A stretch of DNA of 64,000 nucleotides, taken from contig JALOLY010000002.1 of the NCBI GenBank assembly GCA_025455725.1, positions 3,963 to 67,962 of the forward strand, written 5' to 3'. Positions 11,204 to 21,400 of the stretch are shown piece after piece; within the stretch, counting starts at the first letter, position 1, and every line of letters starts with the position of its first letter. Below the pieces are notes generated by a model. The model worked only from the letters and a program-made list of their open reading frames with translations, did not search any database and was not told where the DNA came from. The stretch is from Amoebophilaceae bacterium (lineage in GTDB: Bacteria > Bacteroidota > Bacteroidia > Cytophagales > Amoebophilaceae). Made by a program: the position numbers and the translations under genes.

Positions 11204-12577
11204 TTGCAAAGCCCCCACCAAGAAGTGCCTATTGTCGCTTTGGCTACACCACCTGGTAGCAGCGCCATGGCAATCATCCGGCTCTCTGGGGCGGGTGTGA
11301 TCGAGCTTACCAATCAGGTCTTTAGAGGAAGGGACCTGACACAGCAAGCTTCTCATACCGTTCACTTTGGCACCATCTATGACCAGGAGAAGATACTAGA
11401 CGAAGTACTAGTCTCTATCTTCAGAACACCTAAGTCTTTTACCCGAGAAGATACCGTAGAAATATCCTGCCATGGCTCTGACTTCATTGTACAGCGCATC
11501 ATACAACTTTTGATACTACGTGGAGCACGTCTAGCAAAGCCAGGAGAATTCACACTACGCGCTTTCTTGAATGGCAAGCTGGATTTGGCACAAGCAGAGG
11601 CGGTAGCCGACCTTATCGCTGCTGACTCGTCTGCAGCACACCGCACAGCCCTGCAGCAAATGAGAGGTGGGTTTTCCTCCAAAATCGAACAACTTCGAGG
11701 AAAGCTGGTTCACTTCGCCTCTATGTTGGAGTTGGAGCTGGACTTTTCAGAAGAAGACGTTGCCTTTGCTGATAGAGAGGCCCTAAAAGAACTTGTCCAA
11801 GAGCTTTTATTACCCATTGTGCAACTCATACAGAGCTTTTCACTCGGAAATGTTATTAAGAACGGTATCACTACCGTGATTGCCGGCAAGCCTAACGTTG
11901 GTAAGTCTACCTTGCTCAATGCTTTGCTCAACGAAGAGAGAGCGATCGTCTCTGACATCCCTGGTACTACACGTGACTTGATTGAAGCTGAGCTCAACAT
12001 CGAAGGTGTGCATTTTAGATTCATAGATACTGCAGGACTACGCAGTAAGGCAGCTGACACGATAGAAGCCATAGGCATCGCTAAGACCAAAAAACAACTC
12101 CAAAAAGCTGCTGTTATCATCTATCTCTTTGACCTGGCTACTGAAACGTTATCCAATATCCGAAAGACGGTCCAACAGCTCGATTCATCAACCGTTCCTT
12201 ACGTCAAAGTGGGGAACAAAATGGATATTGCATCTCCTGATTTGTTAGAAATACTGCAGCGAGAGGATTTTGTACTCATCTCAGCTGCGCAACAGCAAAA
12301 CGTACCCATACTCAAATCACGGCTCCTAGCGTATGTGGCACTAGACCAGTTGCCAAAGACAGATACCATCGTAGTCAATGCCCGGCATCATGAGAGTTTG
12401 ACCAAAAGCAAAGAGGCCTTAGAAGATGTATTACAGGGTATAACGAGCAACCTCACTCATGAGCTGCTGGCACAAGACGTCCGTAGGGCGCTCTATCATT
12501 TGGGAGGGATTACGGGAGAAGTAATCACAGAAGAACTATTAGATAACATTTTTTCTAAGTTTTGCATCGGTAAGTAG
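11204..12577 (+). CDS. mnmE: tRNA modification GTPase MnmE
   Basis: N-terminal THF-binding domain, G domain [12 protein letters not shown] and DTAG, and the C-terminal CIGK motif. The listed start is TTG. Confidence 0.93.
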   Translation: MQSPHQEVPIVALATPPGSSAMAIIRLSGAGVIELTNQVFRGRDLTQQASHTVHFGTIYDQEKILDEVLVSIFRTPKSFTREDTVEISCHGSDFIVQRIIQLLILRGARLAKPGEFTLRAFLNGKLDLAQAEAVADLIAADSSAAHRTALQQMRGGFSSKIEQLRGKLVHFASMLELELDFSEEDVAFADREALKELVQELLLPIVQLIQSFSLGNVIKNGITTVIAGKPNVGKSTLLNALLNEERAIVSDIPGTTRDLIEAELNIEGVHFRFIDTAGLRSKAADTIEAIGIAKTKKQLQKAAVIIYLFDLATETLSNIRKTVQQLDSSTVPYVKVGNKMDIASPDLLEILQREDFVLISAAQQQNVPILKSRLLAYVALDQLPKTDTIVVNARHHESLTKSKEALEDVLQGITSNLTHELLAQDVRRALYHLGGITGEVITEELLDNIFSKFCIGK

Positions 12578-12671
12578 TACGACGACGCTTGCGAATCGCT
12601 TTTGTTTTTTCGTGGCAATCTCTACCTTTGACGCCTCGTCAAGAGCACATTCTACAGGTTATCTTTCCCCC

Positions 12672-13688
12672 ATGGAAAATATACTGCCTTTAAAGGCACT
12701 ACTAAGTTCCCCCAAGCACGTCGTTATCACCTTACACCAACGTCCTGATGCGGATGCTTTAGGGACTGGATTGGGGTTGGCTGCTCTACTCAAGAAGTAC
12801 CAACACCAAGTACACGTAATCGCACCTACGGCATACCCATCCTTTCTTGACTGGCTACCAGGTACATCCGAGGTAATTGTCTTTGCGCAGGGTCAACAAG
12901 AAAAATCCCTCGAACTCCTAAACAGGGCAGATGTCATATTCTACGTAGATTTTCCCACGCTGAATCGACTTCATGAAATGGAAACAGCAGTCAAGAATAC
13001 TACTGCCACCAAGGTGGTCATAGACCACCATCCAACGATAGAAAAATTTGGTGATCTAGTTTTTCGAGATCCGAAAGCGGCAGCAGCAGCCGAACTCTTG
13101 TATGAGCTCATAGAAGCGCTAGATGCACAAGAATTGGTCGATCAGGAAATTGCCGAATGTCTCTACGCCGGTATCATGACCGATACGGGTTCGTTCAAGA
13201 ATCCTAATACTACGCCCAGGACACATAACGTAGCAGCCAAATTGCTGCGTCACGGCGCAGATGCAACCAAAGTAAGTAGGCTGGTCTATGAAAACAATTC
13301 TTTGAATAAGCTAGCGTTTCTGGGCTTTGCCTTGAGCCATCGATTGGTGGTACTCCAAGAATACAACACTGCTTACTTTTTCATTAGAAGGGAAGATTAT
13401 GAGAAGTATCACTTGCAAACAGGTGATACGGAAGGCCTTGTTAATCAAGCACTTTCAGTACGCGATATTGTATTAGCTGCTGTCATCAAGGAAAAAAAAG
13501 ACGCCGTACGCCTTTCTCTAAGATCTGCAGGGGAAGTGCCTGTGAACCTATGGGCTCAAGAGTACTTTGCAGGAGGTGGGCACAAGAATGCTGCGGGTGG
13601 CGTATCTCACCTCACGCTAGAAGAAACAATAGCCAAATTTGAAAGCCTAGTCAAAGCCAAGAAGAAAGTGTTAAACCCTAACTTATGA
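12672..13688 (+). CDS. DHH/DHHA1 phosphoesterase (NrnA-like oligoribonuclease/pAp phosphatase)
   Basis: DHH motif (VIDHHPT) and DHHA1 GGGH motif (AGGGHKNAAGG). The ATG at 12672 (MENILPL...) is preferred over the listed upstream GTG at 12612. Confidence 0.8.
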   Translation: MENILPLKALLSSPKHVVITLHQRPDADALGTGLGLAALLKKYQHQVHVIAPTAYPSFLDWLPGTSEVIVFAQGQQEKSLELLNRADVIFYVDFPTLNRLHEMETAVKNTTATKVVIDHHPTIEKFGDLVFRDPKAAAAAELLYELIEALDAQELVDQEIAECLYAGIMTDTGSFKNPNTTPRTHNVAAKLLRHGADATKVSRLVYENNSLNKLAFLGFALSHRLVVLQEYNTAYFFIRREDYEKYHLQTGDTEGLVNQALSVRDIVLAAVIKEKKDAVRLSLRSAGEVPVNLWAQEYFAGGGHKNAAGGVSHLTLEETIAKFESLVKAKKKVLNPNL

Positions 13689-14656
13689 AGCATAAAGGAC
13701 GGCTATACTATCTTTCAGCACTGATTGGCCTTCTTGTTATCACCGCTCTTGCACTTTCAATTAGAAACTACTACCGTGGCTCTTTCAAAGAGACTCCCAC
13801 AGGACTTCAGTACCAAGTAATCAGGAAAGGCAAAGGTCCCTGGCCTCAAGAGGGGGACATACTCCTGCTCGACGTGAGTTACAAAACCGAGAAAGGTGTT
13901 GTGCTGTTTAGCACCGCCGATCAGGAATTTCCCATGGCACTACCATACTCTGAGAATACGGTCAATACAGATGGTGGCTTCTTGGAAGCCATCGGCATGC
14001 TTCAAAAGGGAGGTGGCATCGTGTGTAAGCTAGACATAGAAAAGGTACTGGGTGGCAATCTGGAGCACATAACCGCCCAGTATGGATTGAAGAAAAACGA
14101 GAAAATATTTTTGCACCTCCAGCTACAAGATATTATGCCTGAAGAGACGTATAAAAAGTGGGAAACCGAACACAGCGCTATGCTGCAGCAAAGAAACCAA
14201 GAGAAAGCTACGCAACAACTCAAAGCAGATGCTGAGACCATTGTCAACTACCTGAAAAGCAATAGGATTGAAGCCCGGTCTACCGATTCTGGGTTGTACT
14301 ACGTCATCGATACCCCCGGCCAAGGCGCACAGCCCAAACTAGGAGACAGGGTCAAAGTGCATTATACGGGGAGGCTTCTAGATGGAAAGGTGTTTGACAC
14401 GAGCCTGGCAGACATAGCTAAACAGCATGGTATGTATACCCCAGGAAGAGCTTACGAAGCCATAGAGTTTCAGTTGGGTGCAGGACAAGTTATCAGAGGA
14501 TGGGACGAAGGCGTCATGTGCCTACGCCAAGGAGCAAAAGCACGCCTATTTATCCCCTCTACTCTGGCTTACGGGAGCCGAGGTATAGGCAATGGCTTAA
14601 TTCCGGCCAATGCTATTCTCATATTTGATGTAGTCCTCGTGGATATTCAGGGATAA
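13685..14656 (+). CDS. FKBP-type peptidyl-prolyl cis-trans isomerase with an N-terminal membrane anchor or signal
   Basis: C-terminal FKBP domain (VHYTGRLLDGKVFDTS...GAGQVIRGWDEG...LIFDVVLVDI). Hydrophobic N-terminus. ATGA overlap with the upstream gene. Confidence 0.85.
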   Translation: MKHKGRLYYLSALIGLLVITALALSIRNYYRGSFKETPTGLQYQVIRKGKGPWPQEGDILLLDVSYKTEKGVVLFSTADQEFPMALPYSENTVNTDGGFLEAIGMLQKGGGIVCKLDIEKVLGGNLEHITAQYGLKKNEKIFLHLQLQDIMPEETYKKWETEHSAMLQQRNQEKATQQLKADAETIVNYLKSNRIEARSTDSGLYYVIDTPGQGAQPKLGDRVKVHYTGRLLDGKVFDTSLADIAKQHGMYTPGRAYEAIEFQLGAGQVIRGWDEGVMCLRQGAKARLFIPSTLAYGSRGIGNGLIPANAILIFDVVLVDIQG

Positions 14657-14799
14657 TACAGCAGGCTTTATAGGCTGAGCGAAGAGTAAATATGCCTGTC
14701 TTTTTTCCCTCGGGTATCTTTTTGGGCTTGCGTGAATCTATATGATCATAAAGCTTAGCCCGAAACCTGGGAAACCGAACTAAGATAAGAAAGGAGGGG

Positions 14800-14872
<73 letters not shown>

Positions 14873-15048
14873 GTACACACACATAGGACACACAAATCTA
14901 AAGAATTAGCATTTTTATTACAACAAAAAATATCAAGGTTATGATATTAGCCTCATGCGCACTTTGGGTCCAGATAGATAAGAAAATATAGTAGATTGCG
15001 AGTTGGGAACTAAGCAACCAAGCATATCACACCAAGCACTATAGGGCT

Positions 15049-15537
15049 ATGTACATTCCATTTCATCAATTATCAGGCGAAGCACACGTCTGGGTTTACC
15101 AAGCCAGCCGACCCTTTGGGCAGGAGGAGAAAGCGGCAGTCCTACAAAAAGCCCAGGAGTTCTTAGGGCAGTGGGCTTCGCATGGCCTCCCTCTGCAGTG
15201 TAGTGCAGAGATACTGTATGATCAGTTTCTTATCCTGGCTGTAGACGAGACTTTGCAAAGTGCCACAGGGTGTGCTGTAGATGCTTCTGTAAAGTTTATT
15301 CGTACACTAGAGCAGGCTTTTCAGGTAGACTTGCTGAGCAGAACCCATGTCGCTTTTAGGCAAGGCGAGGACAATTTTTTGGTTCCACTGAGTCAGCTTG
15401 AAGATAGCATACGACAAGGAGCTATATCGGAAGACATGCTTACCTTCGACAATACTATCACTAAAAAGACGGAAATAGTCGACAAGTGGCTAGTTCGTGC
15501 CGGAGAATCTTGGTTCGGTAGGTACTTTCGTAAGTAG
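15049..15537 (+). CDS. Conserved hypothetical protein (162 aa)
   Basis: Clean ORF with an ATG start in an otherwise empty interval. From memory it resembles a small Bacteroidota family often mis-annotated as ABC transporter ATPase. No catalytic motif was recognised. Confidence 0.45.
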   Translation: MYIPFHQLSGEAHVWVYQASRPFGQEEKAAVLQKAQEFLGQWASHGLPLQCSAEILYDQFLILAVDETLQSATGCAVDASVKFIRTLEQAFQVDLLSRTHVAFRQGEDNFLVPLSQLEDSIRQGAISEDMLTFDNTITKKTEIVDKWLVRAGESWFGRYFRK

Positions 15538-15578
15538 TAGCGCTAGCTGATCCTCTGTGTGTACGTGACAGCCAAGAG

Positions 15579-16095
15579 TTAACTTGCTTCCTGTTCCTCT
15601 GTACTTTGTAGGCCTGCCACACCACCCGACACAATAAACTTCATGACCTCCGTACTAGCAATATCTAAAGGTGTAACAGAATCCTTAGGAAGAATGAATA
15701 AATCACCTGAGAAATTGTAAGAGTGCGGAACATATACTGCGATACTTCCTGGTAAGTTGATGGCTTTGAGCTCTCTCTGCGTCACAAAGCCCAGTTTTCT
15801 CAACTGCACCTCCTTGTTTATTACTACCAATACAGGCTTGTCAAATCTTTTTTTATTGCCCACAAAGGCAGAGGTTAATTCCTTTAGGGAAGAATAAATA
15901 GTACTAATCAGTGGCAATCTGGTAATCAAGCTTTCTGTAAGATCGAAGGCAGACCTTTCTAATCTTTATCAATCCGTCGATAAAGTGCAGGGCAAGCGAA
16001 ATAAGATAGGCCGTCAGCACGAAGGGGACCACCAGCAACAATCCCCGCATGAAGTATCCAAGCAGATTACGCAACAGTCCCTTATTGAGTTGCAT
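15579..16095 (-). pseudogene. DUF502-family membrane protein disrupted by an internal deletion and frameshift
   Basis: The N-terminal ORF (15904-16095: ...GLLLVVPFVLTAYLISLALHFIDGLI) and the C-terminal ORF (15579-15929: RLPLISTIYSSLKE...GFVTQ...VYVPHSYNFSGDLFILP...IVSGG) match the two halves of DUF502. They lie in different frames, and the second TM segment between them is missing. Confidence 0.6.
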
Positions 16096-16286
16096 AGTAA
16101 CAGCCGTTTTGCATAGAATTTAATGCACACAAAAACATTCCACAACTCATCCACTATAACTTTTAGCACTTTAAACATACCAAGAGCCATCCTACAAATG
16201 TACACTCTGCACCCCAAGTGCCCCCCCCGGAAAAGAAATACACACACAGCGATAGCAAAAGATGTTCAGACCAAATAGAGGCGCAA

Positions 16287-16802
16287 CTATGACGATGTCG
16301 TCTTCTTAGAGGACTTAGAGAAGACAGCAATGACCAATGCAAACGCAAAGCCCAGCAGCACAGTGCTGACTAGGACACCGATCGCCAAAACCTCTGGAGA
16401 CATGCGCTGTATGGTCTGTGCTATTTCTCCAATAGAAGCTTCCTCTATACCTTTCTGCCGCAACGACTCTTGTACACTCTGGGCCAGTTGTGATATAAGG
16501 GAAGCATCTACAAACTTGGTATACAAGTAAATAGGACATGCATTCACCAGACCCACGAATGCATTACTAATGAGCCCCAACTTAATGCCCTGCTGGTAGG
16601 TCATCAAGCCGTTATTGGCCTCCTTGTAGCAATAATGCCCAAAGTAAATCCCTAATATGAGCACCACATAGTAGAGGTTATTCCATGGCAAACGCTGTAG
16701 TCCCATAAACTGAATGACTAGTCCATAGGCAATAAACCCTAGCACAATAATAAGGCCACTCTTAATGCCAATACGCCACATATCTTTTGTAGTAATGCAC
16801 AA
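16287..16802 (-). CDS. Small multi-pass membrane protein (DUF4199-like)
   Basis: About 165 aa with four hydrophobic segments. Size and layout fit a common Bacteroidota family. The likely start is the internal MWRIGIK (nt 16781). Confidence 0.5.
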   Translation of the reverse strand: MCITTKDMWRIGIKSGLIIVLGFIAYGLVIQFMGLQRLPWNNLYYVVLILGIYFGHYCYKEANNGLMTYQQGIKLGLISNAFVGLVNACPIYLYTKFVDASLISQLAQSVQESLRQKGIEEASIGEIAQTIQRMSPEVLAIGVLVSTVLLGFAFALVIAVFSKSSKKTTSS

Positions 16803-16832
16803 AAACTACTTGCAGATGTTATCTTCAGGTAG

Positions 16833-17300
16833 TTACTGTACCTGATCACGCCGCATAGTTCTCTCTGCCTCTCGTTCCCTAATACTCCGTCGCTTGTCAT
16901 GAAGCTTTTTCCCTTTAGACAAGGCAATCTGCAGTTTAGCTAGCCCCCGCTCATTGATAAAAAGCTGGACGGGAATAATTGTCAGCCCTTTTTCTTTATT
17001 ACGTAGGAGCTTCTTGAGCTCTCTTTTATTCAAAAGGAGTTTCCTTTCCCTATTCTCAACGTGATTATAGATATTCCCTTGCTCGTACGCTGCAATGTGC
17101 ATCCCCTTGACCCAAAGGGCTCTTTCGGCAAAGTAGCAATAAGCCTCCTGTAGGCTCACCTTGCCAGCTCTTATAGATTTAATCTCCGTGCCAGTCAAGA
17201 CCATTCCTGCTGTATACTTGTCCAGGAACGTATACTCAAAACTCGCCCGCTTGTTTTTAATGACGATGTTCTTGGCTGCTTTCTTGCCTTGTAAGGCCAT
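16833..17300 (-). CDS. smpB: SsrA-binding protein SmpB
   Basis: 155 aa; NKRASFEY...GTEIKSIR...L and a basic C-terminal tail. Confidence 0.93.
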   Translation of the reverse strand: MALQGKKAAKNIVIKNKRASFEYTFLDKYTAGMVLTGTEIKSIRAGKVSLQEAYCYFAERALWVKGMHIAAYEQGNIYNHVENRERKLLLNKRELKKLLRNKEKGLTIIPVQLFINERGLAKLQIALSKGKKLHDKRRSIREREAERTMRRDQVQ

Positions 17301-17471
17301 AATATTGAGTGCCTGTATCGACAGCTAAGCTAGGAACGCACAAAGGGGCAGCCCATTTTACCAAGAAACAGGCTACGTGGACTTCACACTGTGCGGCTGT
17401 ATCTCTGACAGCAAGTGCCGATATCAACATTAGCCGTCGGAAGAGGGCAATTTACCATGCAAAAAAGCATC

Positions 17472-18485
17472 CTACAAAGGCATCCTGGATCTAGCAGTTA
17501 CTTTAAGGTCGCAAAAGTCACCTGATAGGTATTGGTAATGGGCTGTTATAGCAATCATGGCTGCGTTATCCGTACAATAGGCTAACTGCGGGATAAACAC
17601 CGCCCACCCCTCCTGTCTAGCCAGATGCTGTAACCGACTTCTTAGACCCGAATTAGCAGCCACACCACCTGCTATAGCAATGGTTTTAATGCCTGTTTGG
17701 GAGACAGCTTTCTTGAGTTTATCGAGAAGCATACCGATCAGGGTAGCCTGAATACTCGCACAAAGATCATTTCGGTGTTTAGCCAAAAACTGGACGTCTT
17801 TGCTTTGGTATTCGTCAAGTAAACGGAGAAAGGCCGTCTTAATACCACTAAAAGAAAAGTTGAGGTGAGGCATGTTGGTGGCTGGAAATTGAAATCTGTG
17901 TGGATCGCCCTGTTGTGCGTAGCGATCAATGAGTGCCCCTCCAGGATAAGAGAGACCCATTAGTTTGCCTATCTTGTCAAATGCTTCTCCTATGGCGTCA
18001 TCTTGTGTTTCTCCAATAACCTCCATACACATGTGGTCCTTAGCGAATATGAGCTGGGTGTGCCCGCCACTTACGTTTAAACCAAGTAGCGGGAAAGTAG
18101 GATAGGGCGCTTCTATAAAGTTGGACAAAATGTGAGCACGCATATGATGCACGGCGATGAGCGGAATATCCAGCGAAAAAGCAACAGCCTTGGCAAAGGA
18201 GATGCCTACTAGCAACGCTCCTAACAGCCCTGGCCCTTGCGTGAAAGCAACTGCATTTAGCCTCGAAAGGGTAACGTTGGCTTTTTTCATTGCTTGCTCA
18301 ACCACAGGAATAAGGCGCTGCTGATGTGCACGAGCAGCCAACTCAGGGACAATACCCCCGTATTGTGCATGCACTGCTTGGGTAGCCACTACGTTGCTTA
18401 CTATCTTGCCACCGCAAACAACCGCTGCTGCAGTCTCATCACACGAGGTCTCAATCGCTAATATGACAGAATTATTCCCTTGCAT
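17472..18485 (-). CDS. tsaD: tRNA N6-adenosine threonylcarbamoyltransferase TsaD
   Basis: ILAIETSCDETAAAV, HHMRAH and SGGH motifs; 337 aa. Confidence 0.93.
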   Translation of the reverse strand: MQGNNSVILAIETSCDETAAAVVCGGKIVSNVVATQAVHAQYGGIVPELAARAHQQRLIPVVEQAMKKANVTLSRLNAVAFTQGPGLLGALLVGISFAKAVAFSLDIPLIAVHHMRAHILSNFIEAPYPTFPLLGLNVSGGHTQLIFAKDHMCMEVIGETQDDAIGEAFDKIGKLMGLSYPGGALIDRYAQQGDPHRFQFPATNMPHLNFSFSGIKTAFLRLLDEYQSKDVQFLAKHRNDLCASIQATLIGMLLDKLKKAVSQTGIKTIAIAGGVAANSGLRSRLQHLARQEGWAVFIPQLAYCTDNAAMIAITAHYQYLSGDFCDLKVTARSRMPL

Positions 18486-18490
18486 TGGAC

Positions 18491-21400
18491 ATGCCTAAAC
18501 AAAGAACGAAGCTAATCAAAAAAAACATAGGCAGCCTTTTAAAATGGTTCCTGGCGATTATGCTTAGCCTGTTCGTGAGCACTTTGATAGTACTACAGTT
18601 TCCCCATATTCAGAACCGCTTATTTGGCAAACTGCTACAGCGCCTAAGTCATACCACTCAGTTTGCCATCACACACCAGCACTTTCAGCTCAATTGGCTA
18701 CACCATGCCTCACTTACTGGACTCACCATCAAAGACCCCCAAAACAACACGATACTAGCAGTAGACCAACTAGCAATTAAGGTAAATCCTCTTCAACTAC
18801 TGATGGACGGTTGCATGACGCTGAAAAAGATTCGTATCCGAGGCGCCCAGGTACATCTTCACAGAAAAGAAGGCGAATCGTACTATAGCATACATGTCTT
18901 GCTACAGCGACTGATGGGTACCACAACATCAGCATCCACTACCTGGCAGACTGGACCGGTTGTAATTGAGCGTGTGTATTTACAAGACACAGCATTTTCT
19001 ATGCATGATCAACAAAACGCGCCTATACAAGGCATTTTTGACCCTAAACATTTCACTATTAATCAAATAAGCGCTAAAATATCTAACTTAAAAGCCCAAG
19101 AAAACACGTTGAGGGCAGACATTCGTCATTTTACAGGTAAACATGCCAGTGGGCTACTACGGATCGACCATTTCAGCACTTCTCTGTTTGTTTCTCCAGA
19201 TAACATACAATGCAGAAGGGTGCAGCTTCGCACAAAAGACAGTACGCTAGAGGGAAGCTGCACCCTTATTTATGACCGCTCTCTAACTTCAGCAGCATTT
19301 ATCGATCGTGTGTATATGACAGCACACCTCAATAATGCTATCATTGCTACTCAAGAGCTTGCTGTCTTTGTCCCCTACTTCAAAGAGCACAAAACTTCCT
19401 ATCACCTGAGAGGTATGTTGGATGGTAAGTTCAATGATTTTTACATCAAGGACTTGCAGCTTAGGTTTGGAGAACAAGGCAGTTACTTTCAGAGCTGTCT
19501 AAGCCTACAGGGACTACCTCATGTACCAAAGGTTCGATTTAACATAGACTTGGAACAAAGCGTTCTGTATACCCAAGATTTGCTCCCTTATTTAGACGCC
19601 AACACCTGCCAACTGCTAGAGAAGTTTAGTTGTGTGAAAGTGAAGGGCCGCTTCTGTGGGATGTCAGCTGATTTTATGGCCCAAGCCATCTTGGACACAA
19701 ACCTGGGAAAGTTGACTACTGACTTAGTATTCCAGATAGATAACGTCTCTAAACGTACTACTTACAAGGGAACCATTGTTACCAGTAATTTTGAGCTAGG
19801 CACATGGCTGAATAGTGCTGCTGTGCAGCAGCTATCCATGCGAGGACAGATAGACGGAGAAGGCTTAAACTTGGCTACCGCACGCTTCCAATTAAACGCC
19901 AACATTCATAAGCTTAGCGTCAAGAACTGTGCCTACAAAAATATCTGGGCACATGGGCGCTTTGCTCAATCATTTTTTCAAGGCAAACTTACTATTGATG
20001 ATCCCTACCTGAAGTTCCAGGCTGATGTAGCCATTAACCTAAACCAGAATGTCGAAAACATTGTCATCAGTGGGATTTTAGACAGAGCATGTCTACGGGA
20101 ACTGCACTTCACTGACCGCTGTGCCACCCTCAGCACGCAGCTGTCTATTGCCACGCAAGGCCTATCATTAGATACCATTACAATAGATGCCCAGTTACAC
20201 CAGGTTTGTTTTAGTTTTGAGGGAGAAGAAATAAAGTTAGACGCTTTACACATACGAAAAGATCATAGTGGCTCGGGGCATCTTTTAGCAATAGACTCGG
20301 CATTGTTTGCGCTCAAAGCTGAAGGGGACTTTTCCTATGCCAGTCTGGCTAACGACCTGAACAGATTCATACAAGACTATCAATATCGCTGGAGGCACAC
20401 GGGCATTACTTCTCGGAGGGATACATTGCAATCCTATACGCTAGCTTATCATCTTCACTGCAAAGACATTAACCCACTGCTCCATGTTTTTGGTATTGAT
20501 GCACATGTATCACCCAACACACAACTTGAGGGCAACTTTTTGCAACAGGAGGAGACAACCTTTTCCCTACGCCTTGTTGAGGCAGCATCCCTTTCTTTCA
20601 AACAAAATCGATGGCGCAATACGCATTTAGAACTGTCTGCCAATCGATCCAAAGATGGCCAAGCCATATCAGCTGTAGTGCAACTGGCCTCTGAAGAACA
20701 GCAATGGGGTACATTCAGTACTACAAAAGATCTTGCTGTAACACTTGCCTGGAAAGATGATCAGATCTGCTTCAGCAGCAACATCGGCCCACCAGAAAGT
20801 CCCAAACAGCTGAGTATACGGGGCACGGCGTTGTTGTTAGACAGCGCTATAGAGATTACATTGATACCCAGCCAGGTGTTGTACGCTGACAATCAGTGGC
20901 AGGTACATCCAGCAAACCGAATCATACTAAGCAAATCACGGATAGAGTTCCAAGACTTTACGTTCTACAAAGGGCAACAGCACATCAGCCTTAGGGGGGC
21001 ATTATCTTCAACCCCTACGGAGGTACTGCACCTAACCGTTCAGGATTGCTTATTGAACAACTTTGCTTTTTTGATCAACAGGCCTATCACAGGGGTACTT
21101 AATGCAACAGCGACGTTACAAGGACCATTGAGTCAGCCCTACATAAACAGCGACGTAACCCTCGAACAATTTACTATTGCACATCTTTTGATAGGTGACC
21201 TGCATGCACATGTTGACTGGCATCATGCCTCACAGCGATGTAACATAGACTGCCGATTAGATCATCTTCAACAACAAGTTGTGACGCTCCAGGGGTACTA
21301 TGAACCGCTAAAAAAAGCGGATAGCCTGCAGCTTGTAGCCCACTTCTCTCATACCCCACTTGCTACCTTGGAGCTTCTAGTAGCCAAACATTTGTCCCAA

